In this document: positions 56,721-64,000 of the stretch, in pieces
Numbering within the stretch: the stretch's first letter is position 1
Layout: every line of letters begins with the position of its first letter
Virus genome (UHGV): UHGV-0287696
Source of the DNA: a virus
Direction: 5' to 3' (one strand)
Length of the DNA stretch: 64,000 nucleotides
Position numbers and translations under genes: made by a program
Notes under the pieces: generated by a model
Database searches by the model: none
What the model saw: the letters and a program-made list of their open reading frames with translations, nothing else
What the model was told of the DNA's origin: nothing

Positions 56721-57152
56721 ATGTTTTTCGTACTAAAAGATGAAATCCGTAACTACATTCGTAACAACCCGATTGCTCTGGGCGTTTTAGCAGGTTTCTG
56801 TCGTCCAAATACTGATTTCGATTTAGTTAAGTTAGAAGAATATCAGGAAATTGTGAATACTAACTACTTGCACATCTGTAGCTGGGGTAAACGTCCTCGC
56901 GAAGAGTACCCTGTAGGTGAGTTAGGTGACACTATGCACCGTGACCAGAATCTGATGCACGAATTCGTTGAATACACACTGGAAAATCTTAACTATCCGC
57001 TTCTGGTCGACACTGTACCAGAAATGGTTGACGAGTGGTTAAGTCGTGTTTACAATGACCCTACTGCCAGCGCTCTACTGAGCCAGATGTCACAAACTTC
57101 TCGTGATATCGACACCCGTACCCTGATGTACTTAGCACACAACGTTCGTTAA
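56721..57152 (+). CDS. hypothetical protein, paralog of ORF 55040
   Basis: RBS AAAGGAG; paralogy as above; codon usage fairly optimised. Confidence 0.5.
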   Translation: MFFVLKDEIRNYIRNNPIALGVLAGFCRPNTDFDLVKLEEYQEIVNTNYLHICSWGKRPREEYPVGELGDTMHRDQNLMHEFVEYTLENLNYPLLVDTVPEMVDEWLSRVYNDPTASALLSQMSQTSRDIDTRTLMYLAHNVR

Positions 57153-57159
57153 TCTCGCT

Positions 57160-57216
57160 CCGCTATAGGCTTCGGTCTATAGCGGAATTAATTTTCTTTC
57201 CCTTTTCTTTTTTGTT
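57160..57216 (+). terminator. intrinsic terminator
   Basis: ccgctatag-gcttcggt-ctatagcgg followed by a long T-rich tract. Confidence 0.7.
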
Positions 57217-57318
57217 ATTTTGACACTACTTTGCTTACTCTCTACTCGACTATTCCTATGCTGGCTGAGGGATGTAAAACGACCTCTTAAACCTTTTTAC
57301 TTATTGTGAGTTAACGCG

Positions 57319-58167
57319 ATGTCTCTTACGTCAAAACAGAAACTGCTAAAACTCATCAACACTGAAAACAATATTGTTCCGCCATTGACCTTCAGTGATG
57401 TTGATATCGGCGAACCTACTGGTACTGGGGTTGATACCCAGGTGGTTCTGACTTCTAAACTCAAAGGCGATGAGTCTACTACTTTAACTGTGACTTATCA
57501 TCGTCGTAATTTGCCCGAATACCTAACAGGTGAGTTGGTATTCGGTAACGATGGTGTTGTAACCGCTACAGATTTGCTTAATGCAATCAACGCAAAATAC
57601 GATTTAAATATCCTGCCGTCGGATATCGTTGATGCGAAAGTTGAAGGTGAAACCCATCAGCTTACCGCTAACGAGAAATCCTACGAATGGTGTGGCGAGG
57701 TGACACTTACGCTACGCGACCCTATTGATTTGGCTAAACTGTTACCTGTTACTCAATTAGAAAACCTGGTAGAGTATCCGTCCACTAAGAAAGGTAACGC
57801 AGCGGTTTATTCTTATCCAATTGACTTCACCGCAGAAAAAGATTACCTCGATCCGATTACCATTAACGACACTGTCGACCTGGCTGAGTTAGCCACTAAA
57901 CTGGTCAACGTCGTTGATGAGAAATGGGTAAGTGTACCTAAAAACGCTGCTAATAACCTCTACGGTGCTAAGGTTATCTACGATGGCCCTACCGCAGGTT
58001 ACGAAGGCGCAAATACGAAGTACACGCGTGTGCTGGTACTCGCACTCAGTGGACTGTGTGCTAACCTGACCGGTAATCTGTTAATCCACTTTAACGGTAC
58101 CGATCGTCCGAAGTCGAAGATTGAATTAGCTAAAACTAATTCGGTCTTACCGGGATTCTTAGATTAA
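57319..58167 (+). CDS. virion-type protein, member of recurrent domain family
   Basis: N-terminal LLKLINTENNIVPPLTFSDVDIGEP..VDTQVVLTSK..TVTYHRRNL..DLLNAINAKYDLNILPSDIVD matches the family signature. Confidence 0.5.
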   Translation: MSLTSKQKLLKLINTENNIVPPLTFSDVDIGEPTGTGVDTQVVLTSKLKGDESTTLTVTYHRRNLPEYLTGELVFGNDGVVTATDLLNAINAKYDLNILPSDIVDAKVEGETHQLTANEKSYEWCGEVTLTLRDPIDLAKLLPVTQLENLVEYPSTKKGNAAVYSYPIDFTAEKDYLDPITINDTVDLAELATKLVNVVDEKWVSVPKNAANNLYGAKVIYDGPTAGYEGANTKYTRVLVLALSGLCANLTGNLLIHFNGTDRPKSKIELAKTNSVLPGFLD

Positions 58168-58180
58168 GAGGATTACAGTA

Positions 58181-58657
58181 ATGACCAGTCAAGAAACTAT
58201 CTTCGACCTTATTAAAAAGGCTAACCCAGACGCTGAGCTCGACACCGCCAAAGTTACATTGGGTGAGCCCGTCGTAAGTACCGGTGCGTACAACACCGAA
58301 GTTACGGTTGCGTCAATTAAGAATCTCGGTTATGCTAATAAGCAAACGTTCCAGTATAACCGCATTGATGCAGGTTTGTATTTCCTCAACGTATTGCCGA
58401 AACTGTTAGTTGAATCAGCAACTACGACTGCGGACCTGTTGCCTGTAATTAACGAACAATATGGCTTAACCCTTACTGAAGACGACGTATGGGTAGAGCA
58501 GGTTGGTGAGTTACCGCTGGACGGCAGTACAATCGAGCACGGCATTTTCTTCCGTCCTGAGTGCCTAACCTGGGTCGGTGGTTTTACAGTGCGCGTTGCG
58601 CGTAAGCCGACTGTTGAAACACCGCCAGCTAATCCATCGCGCGCTAAGAAGAAATAA
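58181..58657 (+). CDS. virion-type protein, member of recurrent domain family
   Basis: IFDLIKKANPDAELDTAKVTLGEP..NTEVTVASIK..FQYNRIDAG..DLLPVINEQYGLTLTEDDVWV. Confidence 0.5.
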   Translation: MTSQETIFDLIKKANPDAELDTAKVTLGEPVVSTGAYNTEVTVASIKNLGYANKQTFQYNRIDAGLYFLNVLPKLLVESATTTADLLPVINEQYGLTLTEDDVWVEQVGELPLDGSTIEHGIFFRPECLTWVGGFTVRVARKPTVETPPANPSRAKKK

Positions 58658-58661
58658 CGAC

Positions 58662-58697
58662 AGGGTGGGGTAATCCCACCCTCTTTTCTTTTTTTGT
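58662..58697 (+). terminator. intrinsic terminator
   Basis: agggtggg-gtaat-cccaccct followed by cttttctttttttg. Confidence 0.7.
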
Positions 58698-58718
58698 GTA
58701 AAAGAGGAGTTAAACAAA

Positions 58719-59309
58719 ATGGCCGAACGTTGGACTAAAGAAGGTATTATTGCTTCGAAAACAGATTTAGAAGGCGGGTACGTAAACGACCCTGACGATA
58801 AAGGTGGGGAAACCTGTCACGGTGTAACACTAACAACTGCGCGCGAATACGGGTATAAAGGAAGAATGAAGGATCTGACCCGTGCGCAAGCGTTTGATAT
58901 TTACGATCGCGGTTGGTGGAAGAAACTTAAACTCGATGAGATTTTAGCTATCTCACCCTTACTCGCAGACCGGATGTTTGATTTTGCTATTAACTCTGGC
59001 CGCGTTAACTGCGTGAAATCGTTACAACGTATTCTCAACGTTTTAAATAACGAAGGGAAACTTTACGCAGATATTGACACCGACGGCGGTATGGGACCTA
59101 AAACGCTAGGTGCCCTGAATGCTTATCTGAATTACCGTAAAGACGAAGGATTAGGCATCTTAATCTTTGCCTTAATCTCACACCAGGTAACTTACTACAC
59201 AGAAATCTCCGAAAAGCGTAAGAAGAATGAAAAATTCGCTTACGGCTGGTACGCACGTGTGTTCAGGGAAATGCCGGATTATGTGGCGAAGGCGGGGTTA
59301 GTAAAATGA
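58719..59309 (+). CDS. endolysin, GH108-type N-terminal domain plus peptidoglycan-binding domain
   Basis: EGGYVNDPDDKGGETCHGVT is the GH108 signature (catalytic Glu in EGGY); C-terminal ...DTDGGMGPKTLGALNAYL resembles PG_binding_3; RBS AGAGGAG. Confidence 0.8.
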   Translation: MAERWTKEGIIASKTDLEGGYVNDPDDKGGETCHGVTLTTAREYGYKGRMKDLTRAQAFDIYDRGWWKKLKLDEILAISPLLADRMFDFAINSGRVNCVKSLQRILNVLNNEGKLYADIDTDGGMGPKTLGALNAYLNYRKDEGLGILIFALISHQVTYYTEISEKRKKNEKFAYGWYARVFREMPDYVAKAGLVK

Positions 59310-59410
59310 ACTGGTTTGCTAAACTCTTAGCGTTATTGTGGAAAGCGTTAACGTCTGGGCGGAAACGTAAAGACGAAAAGCGTGGATACGAATTTTTCTG
59401 GTTTCTATAA
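59306..59410 (+). CDS. small amphipathic peptide (34 aa) overlapping endolysin stop
   Basis: ATGA overlap; MNWFAKLLALLWKALTSGRKRKDEKRGYEFFWFL; below the track size cutoff. Confidence 0.3.
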   Translation: MNWFAKLLALLWKALTSGRKRKDEKRGYEFFWFL

Positions 59411-59425
59411 GGGAAGGTGTGGGTA

Positions 59426-60091
59426 ATGGAGAAGCTTCAATATAAACGTTTAGACAATAAGTGGTTTGTATTAACGGAGGATTACCATTATCCGTTTACG
59501 TTACGTGAAATTTATCACGACCACGTACACTTAGACCGTGCGGTTTATTTAACGGGTGTATTGCCTGACACACAACTGTGGTTAACGGCACCGAAAGGGT
59601 TCGTTACCGATTTAGCGTCGATTCCTGAACACCTCCAGGGAATCTTCCATCCTGACGGACCGTGGGCACCTGCGGCCTGCATTCACGACCTACTTTATCA
59701 AAAATGTAGTACGGAACGGAGCTATCCCATGACACCGGGTGGTAACGTTTCGCGTTTTATCGATAAAGAGTTCTCTGATTTAACGTTCCTGCGTATTATG
59801 CAGTCGTTGGAAATCTCGCCTTATATCTGCCAAACATTTTATAAGGCCGTCGTTGAATTCGGCTGGGATTCCTACGTAGATCCTAATGCAATGCCATCCT
59901 ACAACACTAACGCGTTTCGTACGTTAGATTACAATCGAAACTATTTATTCGTTCGCGAGTTTAAGGAACCTGCAATCCCTGACCACGAACGTATTGATAT
60001 CACCACAGATCAGCCCGTTAATGTCAAATACCTGAACATCAAACGTGCTTTTCTGTCTGGGAGGGAAGATGTTTCATCCAAATCCGAGTAA
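59426..60091 (+). CDS. DUF1353-like protein
   Basis: ATG 59426 (RBS GGGAAGG); PKGFVTDLASIP and AACIHDLLY match DUF1353 motifs as I recall them. Confidence 0.45.
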   Translation: MEKLQYKRLDNKWFVLTEDYHYPFTLREIYHDHVHLDRAVYLTGVLPDTQLWLTAPKGFVTDLASIPEHLQGIFHPDGPWAPAACIHDLLYQKCSTERSYPMTPGGNVSRFIDKEFSDLTFLRIMQSLEISPYICQTFYKAVVEFGWDSYVDPNAMPSYNTNAFRTLDYNRNYLFVREFKEPAIPDHERIDITTDQPVNVKYLNIKRAFLSGREDVSSKSE

Positions 60092-60584
60092 CTTTAAACT
60101 CAAAGAGTTAGTACCACAGTCTTATATTGCCAAATACGGCGATTCTGCAATTCGGTTTATGAATCCGCTGTTAATGATTTCGCTACAACAGATTCGTAAC
60201 CGTTTCGGTAGAATGGTCATTAACTCAACCGCTGCGCAACAGCGTGGCCTAAGAACCTTAGACTTCTTTATTAATCAAGAAAAGCCTAAAGGCGGTAACT
60301 ATAAACAACGTGCTTTACAACTCTACTCTGATTCAGGAAGTCAACACAAATTCGGTAACGCAATTGACGCAACGTTGTTGGACAGTACCGTAAAGCAGGT
60401 TCACGACTACATCGCTGCTAACCCTGATGAGTTTCCGTTCATTCACTTTATTGAATGTGACATCAGTTGGTTACACATCGACGTTCGTAACCAACCTAAC
60501 ATTACTTTCTGGTCACCGAATCGCGGTACTGTGAAAGTGGTTAAGCAAAAACCAATCGACTGGAGCGCCTTAGTCGAGATTTAA
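60069..60584 (+). CDS. peptidase M15-like (zinc D-Ala-D-Ala carboxypeptidase/endopeptidase fold), putative second peptidoglycan hydrolase
   Basis: ATG 60069; SQHKFGNAIDA fits SxHxxGxAxD and WLHIDVR fits the C-terminal H-x-D zinc ligand motif of M15 peptidases. Confidence 0.45.
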   Translation: MFHPNPSNFKLKELVPQSYIAKYGDSAIRFMNPLLMISLQQIRNRFGRMVINSTAAQQRGLRTLDFFINQEKPKGGNYKQRALQLYSDSGSQHKFGNAIDATLLDSTVKQVHDYIAANPDEFPFIHFIECDISWLHIDVRNQPNITFWSPNRGTVKVVKQKPIDWSALVEI

Positions 60585-60669
60585 CTATTTCTAAGGTGTT
60601 TATACCTTATTTCGTATAAAGACGCTTAGAATGCGTTCTACGCACGATTTGGCGGTTAAAATGAATATA

Positions 60670-60706
60670 CCCTACTCCTTAACGGGAGTAGGGTAGTTTT
60701 TATTAT
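60670..60706. terminator. hairpin terminator shared by convergent genes
   Basis: ccctactcc-ttaac-gggagtaggg followed by tagtttttatt; abuts the stop of the - strand lipoprotein gene. Confidence 0.6.
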
Positions 60707-61182
60707 TCCGCAGGATGGAGCATTGTTCCGGTGTCAGGAGCTACGCCTTCCTTACAGTGGAAGAAAGTAATGCCTTTACCATCACCCGTTTTATATTCTA
60801 AAGTAGAATACGCAAACGTTGGCGTTTTTGAAAGTAACCCATTTACACGGTAGTAACGTTGCCCCGTGATAGGATCGATATTTCCATTAACTTTACCTAA
60901 TAAATCTTTATAAAGTTGGGGTGACTCAATCTTACCATTTGGCCAAGTGGCTACCCAGTTAGCGCCAGTATCGATTACAGTTACTGAACCTAACATTAGG
61001 TTAGTCGAACTGACGACAGGTTTGTAATTTACAAAATCCTGCTCTACACCCATACAGGTGTAAATAACCATGTCGTGTGGCTCTACGGGTACAGTTGAGA
61101 ATTGGCCATTACTATTCGGTTGTAAAGCACATCCTGCTAATGAAAAAACACCAACCATAGCGATAAGAAAACGTTTTAGCAT
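60703..61182 (-). CDS. putative lipoprotein (moron; possible superinfection exclusion factor)
   Basis: Start at internal ATG (MLKRFLIAMVGVFSLAGC, lipobox LAGC) with RBS AAGGTG; only - strand gene inside a + strand block. Confidence 0.5.
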   Translation of the reverse strand: MLKRFLIAMVGVFSLAGCALQPNSNGQFSTVPVEPHDMVIYTCMGVEQDFVNYKPVVSSTNLMLGSVTVIDTGANWVATWPNGKIESPQLYKDLLGKVNGNIDPITGQRYYRVNGLLSKTPTFAYSTLEYKTGDGKGITFFHCKEGVAPDTGTMLHPAE

Positions 61183-61320
61183 GTTTTCACCTTTTATAAA
61201 AAAGTTAAAAATAATAATTTTACAGACGACCCTTACTGCCATCTGTCATAACTATTAAAACCACTTCTATAATCCGAACAATACTATGCAATCCACCCTG
61301 CCACACACGAGGTAAAAACG

Positions 61321-61866
61321 ATGGCTAAAGCTTTCAATCTGCAGCTCATTGAAGCTGTTAAAGCTAAAAACCCTGAAACTGCTTCTAAACTGACCGTAAA
61401 TGATGTCGATTTCGGGGCCGTAGAAGCTTACACCCCGACCGGTAAAAGCGACGCCCGTAACACTAAAGTTGTCCTGACAGCGAAGAGCACGAGTGCTAAC
61501 TTCACCGGTAATAAAGAATTTCATTACATCCGTCTGGCATCCGCTAACCTGATTGGGGCCAAAGCTTACCAGCAGGAAGGTAGCCTCGACCTGGAAAATG
61601 ACGCCATCGTAACCAAACTCAATCAAGAAATGGTTACTAAAGGTTATGCCGATGACGCGTTCGCTGTAGGTGAACTCACTATTGAGAAAACTAATGGCGA
61701 GAGCGGTGCTAAGGTTTACACTATCAAAGTAAACGAAGGTCACATCAAATTCTTAGCCGGTACCATTGCTACCTTCACCTATACCAACCCGGTTCCTCCG
61801 AAGGTAGCTCTGAGCGGCCTGGAAGGTGAACTGGATGGTTTCACCGCACCGTCTCCTAAAGAGTAA
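61321..61866 (+). CDS. abundant virion-type protein, member of recurrent domain family
   Basis: Strongly optimised codons; QLIEAVKAKNPETASKLTVNDVDFGA..NTKVVLTAK..FHYIRLA..GELDGFTAPS. Confidence 0.55.
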   Translation: MAKAFNLQLIEAVKAKNPETASKLTVNDVDFGAVEAYTPTGKSDARNTKVVLTAKSTSANFTGNKEFHYIRLASANLIGAKAYQQEGSLDLENDAIVTKLNQEMVTKGYADDAFAVGELTIEKTNGESGAKVYTIKVNEGHIKFLAGTIATFTYTNPVPPKVALSGLEGELDGFTAPSPKE

Positions 61867-61869
61867 TTA

Positions 61870-61904
61870 AATCGGGGAGGGGGTAACCTCCCCGATATTT
61901 CTTT
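61870..61904 (+). terminator. intrinsic terminator
   Basis: atcggggagg-gggtaa-cctccccgat followed by atttcttt. Confidence 0.6.
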
Positions 61905-61931
61905 AACTCGTACTATTAAGGATTTAAGATA

Positions 61932-62462
61932 ATGGCAGCTACTAACCAGATGATGTTGGTCGCGCTTTACAATGCTGCTAACACCGAGCTACCACATCAG
62001 GTAACTGATAAAGAAGTGTCCTTTGGTCTCCCTACTGCGCTGGAAGGCGAAGGTAAGAATACCAAAGTTACCATGACTGCACTACCAGGTTCTGAGAATT
62101 TCAAAGGCGCAATCGAACTGAAATACGATCGTCTGGAACCGGGTGTTGTAGGGCGTATTGAACTAACTGACGATCTGTCTCGTTGGGAAGATCAAAACGA
62201 ATTGCGCGCATGGTTACAATATTACATCAATAAAGTTAAACCGGACGATGCTATTCATCCAGCGGACGTTTCTTATTCTACCGAAGACCAGAAAGACGAA
62301 CATGAAAACGTCACTCTGCGTACGGTAACGTGCACCGTTACTGAAAAGAACCTCCGTTATAAACCAGGTGTAATGGCAACTTTCGTAATTACGCCGAAAG
62401 TTGTTGATAATCGTATTGACCTGGCCACCACCAACGGTGAGCTGGACGGCTTTACGTCCTAA
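61932..62462 (+). CDS. abundant virion-type protein, member of recurrent domain family
   Basis: Optimised codons; MLVALYNAANTELPHQVTDKEVSFGLP..NTKVTMTAL..LKYDRLE..GELDGFTS. Confidence 0.55.
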   Translation: MAATNQMMLVALYNAANTELPHQVTDKEVSFGLPTALEGEGKNTKVTMTALPGSENFKGAIELKYDRLEPGVVGRIELTDDLSRWEDQNELRAWLQYYINKVKPDDAIHPADVSYSTEDQKDEHENVTLRTVTCTVTEKNLRYKPGVMATFVITPKVVDNRIDLATTNGELDGFTS

Positions 62463-62521
62463 GAAAAAAATAAAAAATACCTACCTCCTATTACGGGAGG
62501 TAGGTATACTATTTTTTTTTT
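62463..62521. terminator. bidirectional intrinsic terminator
   Basis: A-run, hairpin atacctacctcc-tattac-gggaggtaggtat, T-run; between convergent genes. Confidence 0.75.
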
Positions 62522-62530
62522 CGCTGTCGA

Positions 62531-63202
62531 TTACAGCCCTTGCTCTAACGCAAACGCTTTAATTGAATCGTAATCACGTGCTTCAGCCCAAGCCCTGACT
62601 TCTCTTTTCTGCTCAGACATTGCGTGGTGTAGTCTTTGATCGCGCTCAACGATTGCTGCCAGCAACGTCTTGCACTGTTCTAACGTAAACGGTTCGATAC
62701 GGGTGTTGTTAGCCGTTAACCAATACGCAGGCGCAGTTTCTGACTGGATATAACGACTCAGTGCTACCTGTGACTTCTCATCTGCCTGGAAAGTGAAATC
62801 ACCTACCTGAATCTCAGCATAGCGTGCATCTTGATAACGGAATTCCAAAGCGCTTAGAATTTTCTGAACATCGGTAAAGATGTACCGCACCGTGGAACGT
62901 AAACCTGTACGAATTTCTTCCAGGTCAATCCCCAACGTGTCGTTAACAAAGTCTTTCGCTTTCTGTAGCGTAAACCGTGCTTCGATTTCAGACATGTCGT
63001 AGTTACGCATTTGTTCCAATGCTTCGCGATCAGACATCCCATCAATCAACTTATAGTGCAGTAACGCACAAAACCCTGTACGGCCGTGATCTTCGCTACC
63101 GATTTTCTCCATGTAGTTACCATGGCGGTCAATCGGTAAATCGTGCGCAAAATAACGGCGACGGATTTCTTCTTTCGTTAAGCCTTCACCAGTAGCAGAC
63201 AT
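62531..63202 (-). CDS. hypothetical protein
   Basis: 223-aa - strand ORF with strong RBS AAAGGAG upstream of ATG 63202. Confidence 0.5.
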   Translation of the reverse strand: MSATGEGLTKEEIRRRYFAHDLPIDRHGNYMEKIGSEDHGRTGFCALLHYKLIDGMSDREALEQMRNYDMSEIEARFTLQKAKDFVNDTLGIDLEEIRTGLRSTVRYIFTDVQKILSALEFRYQDARYAEIQVGDFTFQADEKSQVALSRYIQSETAPAYWLTANNTRIEPFTLEQCKTLLAAIVERDQRLHHAMSEQKREVRAWAEARDYDSIKAFALEQGL

Positions 63203-63750
63203 TCATCGTCTCCTTTAATCAACCCTAATTCGATTAACAGTTCAAAATCGATATGACGGAATCTTGTGTCGAAGTCCGATTCCCAATCGATACGGATACC
63301 CTGGCATTCTTCTGGCGTTAGCTCAGGAAAAATCACGCTATTAAATTTCTCCCGCTCATCGTAAAACCCATCAATCGGTGAGTTCGGGTTACGTGTTGCG
63401 AAGATAGTAATGCCGGGGAAGGACAATGCCAACACAGTGATAGATTCTGCGCTGGGTTCGCTTAAAGAGCGGCGTAGAAACGCAATTTTGTGACGTGGGA
63501 AATCCAATACCCGTTCTTCAAACCCTGGGTTACGTTTTTCAATTTCCGCGACCGACAGGTCAGTAAGTTCGGTGCAGTACATTGGGATGATTACAGTCAC
63601 ACCGTGACGTATCAGCAAGCGTTTTACGTCATCGGTAAAATCTTCACCGTTAATCACCACATAACAACCGAATAGCTTACTGTTTTCCAGAAACTTATCC
63701 AGAAGTCGAATTCTACGCTTCGTAATATTGTTGATCAGAATTGGTTTCAT
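63178..63750 (-). CDS. hypothetical protein
   Basis: 190-aa - strand ORF overlapping the downstream gene start by 25 nt. Confidence 0.5.
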   Translation of the reverse strand: MKPILINNITKRRIRLLDKFLENSKLFGCYVVINGEDFTDDVKRLLIRHGVTVIIPMYCTELTDLSVAEIEKRNPGFEERVLDFPRHKIAFLRRSLSEPSAESITVLALSFPGITIFATRNPNSPIDGFYDEREKFNSVIFPELTPEECQGIRIDWESDFDTRFRHIDFELLIELGLIKGDDECLLLVKA

Positions 63751-64000
63751 CTTTGGCTTCTCTTAATAATTTTTCCTTTTGGGCACGTTCACGAACACAG
63801 CGTGGGCAATAACACATGCTCGTGTCGTGGAACGCTTTTGCTGACGTCGTACCCATCTTCTGTTTCCAGTATTCCGCCACCATCAGTTTCGCTGTCGTCC
63901 AGCCACACTGACGTCGTTCAGCGTGATACGCTTTACGGTCTTCTAACGTTCCTTCCCCGTTCTCGTAAGAAGCCGCCGCGCAGCTACCACAAGCGTGTTT
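63713..64000 (-). CDS. hypothetical protein with Cys-rich motifs (3' part only; gene starts beyond window)
   Basis: - strand frame open from the window edge to TAG at 63713-63715; contains HACGSC and CYCPRC; not in the ORF track because no start codon lies in the window. Confidence 0.4.
   Translation of the reverse strand, partial: KHACGSCAAASYENGEGTLEDRKAYHAERRQCGWTTAKLMVAEYWKQKMGTTSAKAFHDTSMCYCPRCVRERAQKEKLLREAKDETNSDQQYYEA

Noticed and set aside
3631-60650. Shared 10-mer AGAATGCGTT at 3644 and 60630
   Set aside because: Only two copies with unrelated flanks; insufficient to call a motif.
61183-61320. Sigma70-like promoter (TGTCAT ...18 nt... TATAAT) upstream of gene 61321
   Set aside because: Hexamers are plausible, but if this phage is phiKZ-like its transcription is largely independent of host sigma70; kept only as a note under the lipoprotein finding.
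1-64000. tRNA or other structured RNA genes
   Set aside because: No convincing T-arm (GGTTCGAATC-like) or cloverleaf candidates were found by eye in intergenic regions; this is a weak negative without tRNAscan or Infernal.

Overview
This window reads as about 64 kb of a lytic jumbo phage genome, probably phiKZ-like (Chimalliviridae) from an enterobacterial host; that assignment is inference from a conserved TATATTAC-core promoter motif, a 764-aa codon-optimised virion protein and E. coli-like codon preference, with no database search run. Roughly 88 protein-coding genes are tightly packed, almost all on the + strand, with frequent ATGA/TAATG start-stop overlaps and many hairpin plus T-run intrinsic terminators. 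Layout: 1-3.5 kb translationally coupled virion-like genes; 3.6-6.1 kb an early region with a missed 47-aa membrane ORF and a tandem array of four small paralogous genes carrying a conserved palindromic leader element; 6.1-23.5 kb a structural block (putative major capsid protein, putative portal on the - strand, RuvC-like resolvase); 23.6-41.4 kb an accessory block of small genes (three GNAT acetyltransferases, Dam methyltransferase, P-loop kinase, HTH regulator, DprA/SLOG-like protein, HslV-like Ntn-hydrolase, DUF4326-like protein); 41.5-50.0 kb a tail-fibre cluster (1532-aa fibre with repeats and a C-terminal S74 chaperone domain, plus modular relatives); 50.1-57.2 kb early-promoter-driven small genes; 57.3-64.0 kb a paralogous virion-protein family, a lysis cassette (GH108 endolysin, DUF1353, M15 peptidase), a - strand lipoprotein moron and three - strand genes. 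The most unusual signals are the four-member small-gene array with its covarying leader hairpins, a ~90-160-aa domain recurring in at least six ORFs, and the HslV-like gene. No tRNA, rRNA, CRISPR array or transposase was recognised by eye. All product calls rest on motifs visible in the translations and should be confirmed by homology search.
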